DNA from: Octopus sinensis
Lineage: Eukaryota
Direction of reading: 5' to 3'
NCBI RefSeq assembly: GCF_006345805.1
Contig: NC_043007.1
Coordinates: 71,424,001-71,488,000 of the forward strand
Length of the DNA stretch: 64,000 bases
Shown: in pieces, positions 40,088 through 53,430 of the stretch
How positions within the stretch are numbered: position 1 is the stretch's first letter
Layout of the letters: every line of letters begins with the position of its first letter
The notes under the pieces: model-generated
Database searches by the model: none
Told to the model about the DNA's origin: nothing
The model's input: the letters and a program-made list of their open reading frames with translations, nothing else
Position numbers and translations under genes: made by a program

Positions 40088-40381
40088 AATTCAGGAAATA
40101 CAAGAAAGAAATTCAACTCAGGCAGACTACGATTGGTGGTGTATACATATACGGATTTAATAAAAAGAATTGTCTCAAACATATATTAATACATTCAGAA
40201 TATAGAGTTATAGAAATATAAAAATAAATATGAATAAGCATTCTAATATTTTTTATATTTCTATAACTCTATATTTTGAATGTATTACTATATGTTTTAG
40301 ACAATTCTTTTTATTAAATCCGTATATCTATAGACCAATCGTAGTCTGTCTGAGTTGAACTTCCTTGTATTTCCTGAAATT
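40088..40381. repeat. ~290-bp near-perfect hairpin
   Basis: TTCAGGAAATACAAG..AGACTACGATTGGT..TATAGAGTTATAGAAATATAAAAA pairs with its reverse complement around a short loop at ~40230. Confidence 0.9.
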
Positions 40382-41659
40382 ATCTAGCATCTCTGGTTTG
40401 TCTCGAGCACTTCCATACTTTCTATGATTTTCTAAAGAAAATTTATATATATATACTTTGTTCGATAAATATGAAAAACGTATCAATAACCATTTCTCGT
40501 CTTTTAGACTCAAACGCAAAGCCAATTGTTCGTCCTTATCAAGCAAGATTTGGGAACTGAAGGAAAGCGGGATCGAATTTAGCCTTAAATTGGATAATAC
40601 GGAGAGCTCAGCCTTATAGAGATAGTCGATACGGGTGTTAGCAGTGCTCTATGGTCACTTAGGAGATTTTTAAGTATAGGGACAAGAACAACCTGATTAA
40701 TAGATTAGACCAATGGGTATCATGCCTACATAGCGTCAACCGTACATTTAAGTATTTTCGAAATTAGCGATTATAGGTACCATACTTGAACTTTGATGGT
40801 GGAAATTAATTTTGGTGTCGTATCTGTAGTAAACTTACTCTCTAATATTATATATAATAAAATCATGGTATATTAAGTTATATGGGGAATTAAATTCTAT
40901 TGCATATCTTATAAGCTATATGATATGGTGTGTAATGAGCTATATGTAATTACTATCCCATGAAAACTCCCGCCTACTTAATTTGCCTTCATCATGTTTT
41001 TGGTGATTAAACTATTTGTTCCTTTCTATGATGTTCTACCCTACTGATCATATTATATATATTTCTATTGGCTTTTATGTAAGTAAGTCTCCTAATTATA
41101 TACCTCCTAGAAACTATAAAATCATATATGTAATAAGACCTGTAACATTGCAACTTATAAAATCTCTTCGGTCGGAATACCTCCACCTGCCCTCACTACT
41201 CCCTTACCTACAAGCTCCTCTCTTAGGGTTACCTTTGTCTCTTCCCTACCTCAAAGTTTAATACCCTGTCTCTTTAAATGTAAGTTATATATATTTCTTA
41301 TTTTCTATAAATTCTTATTATTTTGTTTTCTTTCTTTGATATCCTTACCTATTAAATCCCTTCGAGTTGTTACTGTTCTTTAATAGAGATTTTTCAGCTA
41401 CTAGATCTATGCGAAATGGTTAAACTACAGGGTGTTCCAGAAGTCTTGGGCACATTTCAAGTCCTCATATCTACTAGACTATGATTGGTAGTAAGATGAA
41501 ACTGGTACCATTTTAAAGCTATGATTTTTTCATATTTTTCAGATCCAGCTGATGCCTTGCTAACCTCTTGGTAAATAGACACGTTGAGGACTCAGTTTGC
41601 TTGAGTGTTTCTACGTCATTTACTTTGTGTTTTCTTGAGTGGACGGCACAAAACCACAA

Positions 41660-42100
41660 TGACAGGTAAGATCTTCATTTAGAAGACGCATCGTTTTGCC
41701 AGCGTGCCTTCATACTTGCACAAAGTTGGTCCTGATGTTGAAGTTGACTTTGTTCAAATCTTTGAACTGAGGTGAAGCAGGACTGGCGCCAGGTCCTGCG
41801 TTCTGATGCTTTGCTTTCTAATGGAGAAAAGGGAATGTTGCATTGCTTCAAATTGTCTTTTAGTTTTCCTTTGAAGCATAAGAGTAGCCTTCTAAATGAT
41901 CTTCCTGTTGGGAATTGGTCAAAGAGTAGTTGCTTCGAAATTCTGATATCACTCATACATGAGAGAAGACCTGACCATCTAAGCTGAGTGAGCTTCACGA
42001 CTCTCCATTCATCTCCTAGATTAAGCAGCCAGCTTTTGCACTGTTGATAAATCTGGACCATCGCTCTTTAATGTAGGTACCACGGCAGCATGAATGATCT
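41660..42100 (-). mobile_element. RTE-like LINE 3' fragment
   Basis: QLRWSG..MSDIRISKQLLF..KLKDNLK..ERRTWR. Confidence 0.75.
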
Positions 42101-42236
42101 TGGGGACTAGACCCGTTTTCTGCAGGTACTTGACAACATCACCATGCCAAATTTTGTCCAATCTTTAAGTGACATCAGCGCATATGTAAATATATGATAT
42201 ATATGTATATCTAGTTTTTTTTATGGATTATGTGAC

Positions 42237-42304
<68 letters not shown>

Positions 42305-42451
42305 TATATATGTATATATGTTTGTATGTATGTATGTATGTATGTATGTATATATGTATGCATGTATTTATGTATGTATGCATGTATGTGTATGTGGATT
42401 TATCTGTATATATGTATCTATATATGAGTATATTTTTATACGGATATACAT

Positions 42452-44050
42452 AGGTTCCCTGCTTGTGTCCTGAAGGTGTATCGACACCAACTTGCATCTC
42501 CCCTTTCTAATCTGTGGAGAAACTCACTGGATGCTGGCTATATTCCTAAAAACTTTCTGTCCCAGTCTGTTGTCCCAGTTTTCAAAAAGGGAAACAAGTC
42601 CCTTGCAGTGAACTACCGTCCGATCTCACTCACCTCTCATATCATCAAGGTATTTGAGAGGGTGGTGAGATCTCGAATAACCCAATTTCTGGAAAGCAAC
42701 AGACGGCTGATCTCTAACCAACATGGGTTCCTTAATGGAAGGGACTGCCTAACGCAGCTCCTGCATCACTTTGATGACATTTTGAGAGCTTTAGGAGAGG
42801 GATCCAACACCGATGTCATCTACCTTGATTTCAGCAAGGCCTTCGACAGGGTTGATCACAAGATCCTATTGAAAAAAACTATCCAGCATTGGTGTCTCTG
42901 GAAAGTTACTGAAATGGATCAAGAGTTTCCTGACAGACAGATCTCAACATGTTGTAGTTGAAGGGTTAAAATCAAGCCCAGCCAAAGTCAGTAGTGGCGT
43001 TCCGCAAGGCACTGTGCTGGGCCCACTTCTTTTCATCATCTACATTAATGACATTGATGACATCATCAAGCACAGCAACATAAAAATCTTTGCAGATGAT
43101 TCCAAGCTCCAGAAGGTCATAAATGAGGCGAGTGACCGGACATGCCTTCAGTCAGATCTACTGGCTGTTATCCAATGGGCAGAAAAAAACAATATGCTGC
43201 TGAACGAGGATAAATTCGAGTTAATCTACTTTGGAAAAGAGGATGCCCTGAAACTCCCATACTCCCTTCCTTCAGGTGAAACTCTCGTGGCATCCAACAA
43301 CATCAGAGACTTGGGAGTAATTGTGGACAACAACATAAGCTGGGCCACTCATATAAACACCAAAGTTGACATGGCCCGCAGAATGTGTTCCTGGATTCTC
43401 AGAACTTCCAGTCGAGAGATATCCACACCATTATCCTTCTCTTCTCCACTTTTGCCCGACCCCACCTTGAATACTGTTGTCCACTGTGGTCTCCCCACAC
43501 AAAACAAAGTATCATAAAAGTTGAAGCACTTCAAAGGGCAATCACAAAAAAGATAGATGGCATGACAGGCCTCGACTATTGGGGTCGACTAGAAAAGCTA
43601 AAACTTTATTCTCTCCAACGTCGCCGTGAGCGTTACATCATCTGCATGATGTGGAAAATATTCCATCAGCATTGCCCAAATGATGTTGGCATCACCTTTA
43701 AGGTACATCCAAGGCTTGGGCCCCGTGCCATCAGCCCAAAACAAAAATCGCACTCTCATCTCATAACAACAATACGGCACAATTATTTCACCTCAATTGG
43801 CCCCGCTCTCTTTAACATTACACCAAAACACATTAAAACAGAAACAGACCCTATAGGATTCAAGAAGTCTTTGGACAGATTCCTTCAAGAAATCCCGGAT
43901 AAACCCCCTACACCCGGATATGTCTCTGTAAACATTAACTTTCTACTTGAGTGGGCCATAGTGCCCAAATTCTGACTTGAAAGACTTCACCAGGTGGTGC
44001 TATTAGGTTAGACATGGCCTGGGCCAATAATGGCCGAAACCTATCAAAGT
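42452..44050 (+). mobile_element. 5'-truncated CR1-clade LINE (reverse transcriptase)
   Basis: NYRPISLTS, YLDFSKAFD, SGVPQG, FADD, RPHLEY and LYSLQRRR, split by two frameshifts. Confidence 0.92.
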
Positions 44051-44251
44051 ATATATATATATGTATGTAAGCAGATGTTTATGTGTGTATATATATATAT
44101 GTATATATAAGTATATATATTTGCATTTATGTAAATATATGCGCAGGTGCATTGTGTCTATATATGTGTATGTGTATATGTATGTATATATGTATGTATG
44201 TGTATGTATATATGTATGTATATGTACGTATGTATGTATATATATATATAC

Positions 44252-44283
<32 letters not shown>

Positions 44284-44309
44284 ATATATATATACATATA
44301 TATATATAT

Positions 44310-44354
<45 letters not shown>

Positions 44355-44373
44355 GTTTAATATATATATATAG

Positions 44374-44411
<38 letters not shown>

Positions 44412-44429
44412 TTTAATATATATATATAG

Positions 44430-44463
<34 letters not shown>

Positions 44464-45550
44464 GAAATTTATAGAAAAGCAAAAAACAAAGACAGGTGTA
44501 TGAACGACAAGCAAATGTATTAGTTTGCCGCTCGGGAAAATTAAAAAGTTTTTTACGTTTCGAGCCCACGCTCTTCAACAGAAAGGAATAAGAGAAAATA
44601 AACAGAGAGAGAATGAAAAAAAAACTACACATGTATGTTATATATGTAATTATATATTTTATATATGTAACTTGTACATATATTTTATATATGTAATATA
44701 TATATATTTTTTATATATGTAATTATATATTTTATATATGTAATCATATATTTTATATATGTAATATATATATATATATTATATATGTAATCATATATTT
44801 TATATATGTAATTTGTACACGTGTTTATTACATAATGGACAAATAAAATAAAAAATGTATCAATAAATCTCCCTAAATGTATAATGTGACAGCATTACTT
44901 AACGTAATTGCGTTAGGGGCCAAATTATTTGTTATTATACTGAACGAGTTATAAATTTTTTATTCAAACTGAATTTTTATTGCTTGAAGCAAAATATGTC
45001 TTTGTTTTTATACTGAATCATTTGCAAATTTCTTTTATTGTGACTATAGACTTGTAATTTTAAAATAGTATGTTAATGTGGATATCTGAAAATTTTTTAG
45101 TGGATTAATTTATATTTCATGTTAAGTACCAATGAAGATATTTGTCTTGGGTGTAAAATATATTGCTATATTCGTAGTTAAATTTAAATTATATTAAATG
45201 ATTATACATCTATAAATATACAAATTGAATTTATTAATTAATGATGATAACAACAACAACAACAACAATAATAATAAATAAATAATTTTATATAATGCCA
45301 TATGGTGATCTAAAACTTTTCTATTGCAAGTACGACTTCCTGTCTATTTTATAACTATTGCTTTACTCTAATTTCGTTCCTTTCAAAAAACTTAGTAAAA
45401 TTATATATATTTTTTTTTATTTATAGCTTATTTTCTCTTTCTCTTAGAAATGATATAGTTTATAATTATCGTAGCTCTATATTTTTGTTTAGTTTATTTA
45501 CGGAAATTTTTCTTCTGATTAACTAAGTAAACTGGTATCTTTACTTGTTA

Positions 45551-46825
45551 TCAGGTCATCCCATAAGTTCTGTCCGAATTTTGAATAAAGAAAACAAGTA
45601 ATCAAATGTTATATTTAATTAAAATTTAATCATCAATGTACTTTCTCTGATTATCTATGACTTCCTTCCATCTATTTACAAGCTTTTTAATCCCATCAAT
45701 GGTTTCAAAGCGAAGAACTCTGAATTGTTAGTTTCGACCTCCTCCAGGCTTGCGAAAGATATGTCCCCCAAATGATTCTGTAAACTACGAAGCAAATGGT
45801 AGTCTGAAGGAGTAAGGTCGGGAGAATAAGGTGGATGAGGAATTTTTTGAAAACCAAAATCTCCGAGCTTCTGTGATGTAATCTTTGCAGTGTAGGGTCG
45901 CGCATTGTCCTGATGAAACATCACTCCTTTTCGATTCACTAAAGCATGTCATTTTTTCTTCAAAGCTTGGTTCAAACGCTCTAATTGCTGACAATAGACT
46001 TGAGCATTGATTGTTGCATTAGGTAGTAGCAATTCAATGTGAATTATTCCTTTGCAATCCCATCTGATAGAGAGAAGAACCTTTTTCCCATGAAGTTCCC
46101 TTCTTGATTGTAGTTGAGCTTTTTCCCTTTTACCAAGCCACTGTTTTCAACGTTTAACATTTCGATAGAAGATCTATTTTTCGTCACTAGTGACAAGTCT
46201 ATCCAAAATGGGTGAAATGAGTTCACGAGAATGGAGAGAAGAGCAGATATCAACTCGGGATTTGCGGTTGCTTTCGGACAATTCATGAGGCACTCATTTT
46301 CCAAGTTTAGGAACCTTTCCAAGTTGTTGAAGATGACGATGAACAGTGTATGGTTTGAACTAAGCTTTATTGCCAATTCTTTAACTGATAATGCAGGATT
46401 TTCTCCAAGTAATGCCTCAAGGAGCTTATCATCAAACTCAAGTGGACGTGCTGTTCGATCTTCAACTTCAAGGCTGAAATCTCCACTTCTGAATTTTGCA
46501 AACCCTCTTCTGCAAGTTCTTTCATTTAAGCATTATTTCCCATAAACTGAGTGTATGTTTCGAGTCGCTTCGGCTGCAGAGTTTCCTTTTTTTTTGTACT
46601 CATAAAGCATTATGTGCTTCAAATGCTCTTTGGATACGTCCATGTTAGAAAGGATTTTAAACAAAGAAATTTTAATTCTATTATTTTGTAAAATAATATT
46701 TAATTAGTTTAAATATACACAAATACATTAAAACAATTTTATTCCATTAGACATTCTAAAATACTATTAAATTTCATTCAATTTTAAAACAGGTAAAATC
46801 GGACAGAACTTATGGGATGACCTGA
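45551..46825 (-). mobile_element. Full-length degenerate mariner transposon
   Basis: TIR TCAGGTCATCCCATAAGTTCTGTCCGA at both ends, TA TSDs, HQDNARP and HPPYSPDL motifs. Confidence 0.95.
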
Positions 46826-47302
46826 TAGTTATTTTGAATAATGTTTATATCAGTAAGAAAAAAGTGAGTGTAGTTATATACTATCATTATATATAATTAT
46901 ATATCTTTTTGAATAATTATCCATATTATTGTAGTACCCATGAATATTTAGTAGATATACTAACATTATATTCTTTCGAATGTGTATACGTATATAAATT
47001 TATAGAATAAAAATATTGGATTAACATAATCTTTCTCCTTCTGTAAAACTAAGTGAAACTCTGATACTATATTTATTTATATATCATTATCTTTATCATG
47101 TATAAAATGGGTATAGTTATATAATAAACGTAAATTTATCCATTTGTTTAACATCGGCGTGCTTTGTATTTGAATAGAGAATTTAGTGACAGAATTAAAG
47201 ATATCCTTATTTATCTTTTTTCATCTAATATATAATAATTTTAAATAAAATATACTTTCTACTCCATAATTTTTTTTATATTTAATATATTATATATTAT
47301 AA

Positions 47303-47515
47303 AGCGGTGAGATGGCAGAAACGTTAGCACGTTGGGCGAAATGCTTAGGGGTATTTCGTCTGTCTTTACGTTCTAAGTTCAAATTCCGCCAAGGTCGACT
47401 TTGCTTTTCATCCTTTCGGGTTCGATAAATTAAGTAGCAGTTGCTTACTGGGGTCGATCTAATCAACTGGCTCCTTCCCCCAAAATTTTGGGCCTTGTGC
47501 CTAAAGTAGAAAAGA
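47303..47515 (+). mobile_element. tRNA-derived SINE
   Basis: Same core as the other copies in the window. Confidence 0.85.
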
Positions 47516-47639
47516 ATATATTACATATATTATAATAGATATTATATTATAAAATGGTCAGTAGCCAGTGATCATTTTCGATTAAAATACTTTTAGATAA
47601 ATGTTGTTGGAGATTCATAAGAACATTTTATGACTGTTA

Positions 47640-47965
47640 TAAATCTTTATTTAATCTTTTTATCCATTTGAATTTTGCTTTTCTTTTTATTGTACTTATT
47701 ATGTATTTGAATTATTAACGCTCGTGCTTCTAAACATAGGTATTATTGAATCAGTATTTCTGCCGTTTGGCAGTCCTTACATGGAATTTCGTCTTTTTTT
47801 TTTGTAAATCTTTATTTAATTTTTTTATCCATTTGAATTTTGTTTTCTTTTTATAGTACTTATTACGTATTTGAATTATTAACGCTCGTGCTTCTAAACA
47901 TAGGTATTATTGAATCAGTATTTCTGCAGATTGGCAGTCTTTATAAGGAATTTCGTTTTTTTTTT
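47640..47965. repeat. Direct tandem duplication, ~165-bp unit x2
   Basis: TAAATCTTTATTTAAT...GGAATTTCGT appears twice, immediately 5' of a hammerhead-like motif. Confidence 0.85.
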
Positions 47966-47975
47966 CTTTAACCAT

Positions 47976-48055
47976 AGCCCTGACGAGGCTTTTATACATA
48001 GAGAGGAATTTATATAACTTCATTACTGTATATAAGTCGAAAGAAATTGTTGGCT
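47976..48055 (+). ncRNA. Hammerhead ribozyme-like motif (stem III degenerate)
   Basis: agcc-CUGACGA-GGCUU.UAUACA/UGUAUA.AAGUC-GAAA-gaaauu-GUU-ggct. Confidence 0.5.
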
Positions 48056-48290
48056 TTATATGTGGTTTTTGAAGATTTGTTATGTTACATTATATTATAT
48101 TATATTATATTATATTATATTATAATGTAAATAAATTTTAGTTTATCAATTGTATTTATCAATTTCATTTAATATTTGTATATTATAATTATACCCTTTT
48201 ATCTGTGGTATTCAACTATTATACCAGTGAATTGGAGGTTTTACATCCCTTTGAAGGAATTGTTTTTTCCTTCGTTTGATTTATATATAT

Positions 48291-48370
<80 letters not shown>

Positions 48371-49261
48371 GCACACTCACACAAACACACACATACATAC
48401 AAACACGCACACACGTAGGCTCATTACTACACATTTCCTGCTGGTTTTCTGATCAGATTCATATAGTTTCTGTCAATTGCATAATTGCAGAGATTTCAAC
48501 TCAGAATAAGAACAAAATATTACATCAATTGGCGGTGAAGCTCATGGTTCCTGTTGTCTCCTTAACACTCATTCGCCTAGCATGGAAGTGGGTACAACAT
48601 ATGCATCTCAGATTTCCAAGGAACTCAAACAAATAAGAGTGGATAATCGTTTGCACAGGTGAAAAGTCAGGTGATTGATATTTACACCACTATTCTTATA
48701 GTATAACAACGAGACATAATCCTTAACAACCAGTGGCAAGTACCCATTAACCTTTTCCTTTTACAGCAAGCCTATTGAATCAGTTGAATGATAATGACGT
48801 AGCCCACCAGGAATGCAGAGGAACGAACCGAACCGGCAAAGCAGATGAAAGGAACAAGTTTTTAGCAAGAGAGAGAGAGAGGGGGGAGAGAGAAAAGTAG
48901 TGTCGACACAGTCATCTGGGGAGCAATTGTATAGCTATATAATTGGGTTTATAAAACAGGAAAAACATTTGTGATTCAACATAACCAATGGATAAGTTAC
49001 AATAGTTAAGACTCGTTCATGTGCTGATGGGTCTTAACTAAGGCAGCAACATGTTGATAGATCTAGTCACAAAGGAGAAATAGTTGAGGATGATTACAAG
49101 TTCGGTTAGATAGAGAATAGCAGAGATGTTACAATAATCCATAAGTCAAATCTTCTACAAAATATTTTATGTGGAAAATGAGTCGTTTATCATCATAAGA
49201 AAATGCAAAATTAAAATACACGTAAATTTATACAATGAAAAATTCTTGAAAATATACTTAC

Positions 49262-49307
49262 TTCCAAATAGGAGATACCAGCAATAAAGCAAAACCGACA
49301 AATGCAT
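49262..49307 (-). CDS. M4 protease copy 2, exon 1 (signal peptide MHLSVLLYCWYLLFG-)
   Basis: ATG at 49307, 46 nt, donor GTAAGT at 49261-49256, phase 1. It is the only exon-1 homolog seen between exon 2 of copy 2 and copy 3; implies a 13.2-kb intron and a 652-aa precursor. Confidence 0.8.
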
Positions 49308-49385
49308 CTTGATTGCAGAATATTCCCAAAATTTATGCTCTGTCCAAAAACCAGCTCAAGGTTTGACACATTCGTTCCTGAATCC

Positions 49386-49393
49386 TATTTATA
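49386..49393 (-). promoter_or_regulatory. TATA box of M4 copy 2
   Basis: Minus strand TATAAATA about 79 nt upstream of the ATG, same position as in copy 1. Confidence 0.65.
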
Positions 49394-50639
49394 TTGTCAG
49401 CACAATCATTACATGGGTCAACCACTCTTAAAATACCCGCGTTAATTTAGGGTACAGCTTATCAACAACTGGAGAGAAGAAGTGTTAATACACCAAATAA
49501 TTGCTTTCATTACATAATAATAGGTTATTTTACACCCCATCATTTCTAAATTGATCCCTGACATTTAAGGTGAATAAACGAATATTTGTTTACTTGGTTA
49601 TTCTTTCTAGTAAATTCTTACTGCTAAAACTACAGAATCCACTCAATAAAAATTAGAACTAATCTTAATAGGTTTCATTGTGGATAACTAAATACTATAA
49701 TAGTAATAATCAGCATAGAGTAAAATAACGCAAGACTACATTTTGAAATTAACTAAATGGTTACTGTCTATTTATAAGTGATTCTGATCCATTTTTTATA
49801 CTGATTTCAAATATGATTTTAATTTTCGCCTATCAGTTACAGAATTTGGACAAATGGCTGCCAAATATACAGGGTGTCCCAAAAGTTACTGATGGGTTTC
49901 AATTTTTAATAACTTCCTTAACTTTACAAATAAATGCATGAAATTTTGATACAATATAAAGAACATAATGGAAATTAATATGCACAAGTCAAATTTTGTA
50001 ACATTACTACATCATATATAAAAAAAAAATGACATCGCTTAAATGCCAGTCATTTTCGGCTTCGCTCGCATGTGTTCTTTCCAAAACTTGCACCACAATA
50101 CTCTCAAGTGTTTCAAACCCCACTTCTCTGATTTCTTTATTGATGTTCTCCTTCAGTTGCACCAGGGTCTCCGGTTTGTTGACGTAAGCTCTCTCCAGCA
50201 GTAATCTGCCATCATATTTACATTCCACCTCCCCTGGTACCTTCACTCCATTTCTTTAGTGTCCTGGTAAAATGTCTCACTGTGCCCCTTACTTAGAATG
50301 TCCCGGTTCTTCGGGAAATAGTCGAGGTGTGAGTGAAGAAAGTGCATTTTAACACTCATGTTTTACCCAAGTTTGGTTTATAGCAATCTATTTTGTTGAG
50401 CAAAATAAATCAGGTAATCACTGTCATTTGATTCGCTGATACTACAATAGAGAATAAAAAAACAAAACTTTATTACGGAAAAACTAAACGAGGTGAGAAA
50501 AAGAACTAATAACAACTTTAGAAAGTTATGTAGACATTTAAACAGGATATGCAGACTCGTATAACTTATATCCTTTTCTACTTTGTATTATTTTAGTTTC
50601 TGAAATACTTTTCCGTGCATTCCTCCTCCTCATCATCAT

Positions 50640-51480
50640 CATCATTTAACATTGTTTTCCAAGCTGGCATGAGCTGGACTGTTTGACAGGGACTGGGCAA
50701 CTGAAGAACTGCCCAGATTTCATGTCTATTTTGGTATGGTTTCCATGGCTGGATGTCCTTCCTAACGCCAACCACTTTACAGGATGTACTGGGGGCTTTT
50801 ACGCAGCACCAGCATGGGTGCGTTTACACGGCCCCAGTACAGGTGCTTTTATGTGACACCAGTGCCCACGAACCTGCAAAATTTGGAACACTCAAATGGA
50901 GAAGGATGCCGGGGACATGCTGTATGCAAGGACAACCGCGATTTTACTTAGCTTGACGTGTCATCTCAAGCACAGCAAACCGCCAGAAGTATCGGTCCTC
51001 TGCCTTACCCTCAGTGAAGCTCAACCTCTTAAAATTCTTTTTCACCACTTCGTTGCTTGTATTCCTGGGTTTACCCCTTCCATATGTTCCCTCTACAATT
51101 AGGGATCGACATCTCTTGATGTAGCTTTCTTCATTTATACGTATTACAGGACCATACCAGCGCAGTCTTCTCTTTTGTACACTACATCTGATGCATTGTA
51201 TACCCAGTTTTTTCTCAAATCACTTACCTTTTGTCGTATATGTATATTGATATTACCCATCCTCCGGAGAATATTGGCTTCATTTTTTTTCAAGCCTGTG
51301 CATATCTTCACGAGTCACAGCCCATGCTTCACTGTCATGTAGCATAGCTGTTCGTACACAGGCATCATACAATCTGCCTTTCACTCTGAGGGAGAGACCC
51401 TTTGTTACTAACAAAGGTAGCAACTCTCTGAAATTTGCCCAGCCTACTCTTATTCTAACAGCTCTGCTTTTGGAACAATT
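50640..51480 (-). mobile_element. SINE/RTE-LINE 3' composite relic
   Basis: (CAT)n tail; minus strand KFRELLPLL..KGRLYDACVRTAMLH..RLRWYG; a related piece lies at 54465-55100. Confidence 0.7.
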
Positions 51481-51654
51481 TCCACCAAATAATCTGCAAT
51501 AGAAAAAAGATCAACTGTTGATGGAGAGAACGTGATGATTGCTGTGTGTTTTCAATTATAGCTTCGATATTTCTTATACTTGAGCCCATAATTCAGCTTT
51601 TCAAATAAATTATTTATCAGCCTTCCAAATCAGAAAGAGAAAGAGTGAGAGAAT

Positions 51655-51690
<36 letters not shown>

Positions 51691-52689
51691 CTGGAGGCAT
51701 CACTCAGTAAAATCCTGGTCTCAATAATGACCATTTTGTTGTAGAAGGGTTTCCTATTCATCTAATCAGACTTCTAAATAACATTATCCTTCTCTTTTGT
51801 ATCTCATAATTTCCATTGATTTTTATATTAACAATTTATTTCAATGAAGAAATACACCAGAAACAAATTGTTTCACAATTATTTCAAAAGAACAGATAAA
51901 AAACAAGTTAGCAATTCTAAACACATTACAAATATTTTCTCTAGAGATTGCTCCTATTATAGCTCTTTTAGATTTATACATCACTGCAATAATTATGAAT
52001 GGTAATTGATACAAAAACTGTGATAAGTACTGCATTGTATTCTCAAAGAATTGACTTAAATCTTGGGCTCGCTCCCAGTGCCACGGTTCTCAACAATGTT
52101 ATATAACACTTAGATAATGAAATCCATTACTTCTAGCAATGACATCTTACCCGTTGATTGCTAAGGCCATTATTTCCAGCAATGCTGCCGCAGGAACATT
52201 AGATTATTAAAGCCATCGTTCCTTGTAAAGACTTTTAAATTTAGAACGATAATGCCATTGATCCCGGGAAAGATACTTAAATTTAGATTACTAAAGCAAT
52301 AGAACCCATCAAAGAAAATTAACATTTAAGTTTCTAATGCAAATGCTAACGGCAAAGATGCTCAACGCTTAAGTTTTCAAAAACATTGATCCACAGGAAT
52401 AGATTTAGTGTTAAGTTTACTAAAGCCATTGTTCTAAATCTACGTAGTGTTTAGATTACTAAAGGCATTGTTAACCAGTAAAGACACTAAGACTTTGGTT
52501 TTGCTAAAGCCATTCTTTCCCTGAGAAGACACTTAATTCTGGGCTGCTACAGTTACGTATTTCAGGAATGATATTTAACATTGTTACCTGCAAAATCATG
52601 TACTCCCACTAACTCACATCTAATAATCCTTGCTGTCCCTAGGAGACAAACTTTCTGTAGGATCTCTACCGGGCATTCTATTTCAATCC

Positions 52690-52907
52690 CCCTCAGCCAT
52701 TTGTGTTCTTAAGCAGAGTGTGCTCTTCTGCCAATAAATTCGATTTGATTTGGTCTTCGCTTACTGTTCCCAGCGCACTAATTATTATAGAGATGACCTT
52801 TACTGTTCGCATGCTCCAAATTGTTGTTGTTGTTGTTGTTGTTCTTGTTCTTGTTATTGTTATTGTTATTGTTGTTGTTGTTGTTGTTGTTGTTATTATT
52901 GTTATTG

Positions 52908-52939
<32 letters not shown>

Positions 52940-52984
52940 GTTGTTGTTGTTGTGTTGTTGTTGTTGTTGTTATTATCATCATCA

Positions 52985-53028
<44 letters not shown>

Positions 53029-53185
53029 CGATAACATCGCTAACAATGTACCATACAGTTTCACTCCTCTCAAGAAATTTGATTAAGCAAATTGAAACGG
53101 AAGGATACAAATACCTTGGTATATTAGAGTTCAATGGAAAAGAAAATGAAAGAGCAACTGAGGATGGAGTATTTCTGAAGACAGG
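52690..53185. repeat. (TTG)n/(TTA)n microsatellite flanked by R4/Dong-like LINE fragments
   Basis: Trinucleotide tract 52821-53026; flanks encode VKVISIIISALG and EGYKYLGILE, similar to 58170-59615. Confidence 0.7.
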
Positions 53186-53430
53186 TTAGCATGCCAAGCG
53201 AAATGCTTACCAGTATTTCGTCTGCCACTACGTTCTTAGTTCAAATTCCGCCGAGGTCGACTTTGCCTTTCATCCTTTCGGGGTCGATTAAATAAGTACC
53301 AGTTACGCACTGGGGCTGATATAATCGACTTAATCCGTTTGTCTGTCCTTGTTTATCCTCTCTGTGTTTAGCCTCTTGTGGGTAGTAAAGAAATAGGTAT
53401 TTCATCTGCCGCTACGTTTTGACTTCAAAT
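53185..53430 (+). mobile_element. tRNA-derived SINE
   Basis: Same core as the other copies. Confidence 0.85.

Noticed and set aside
52693-53189. Poly-Asn/Thr/Ile/Leu/Cys ORFs
   Set aside because: Trinucleotide microsatellite.
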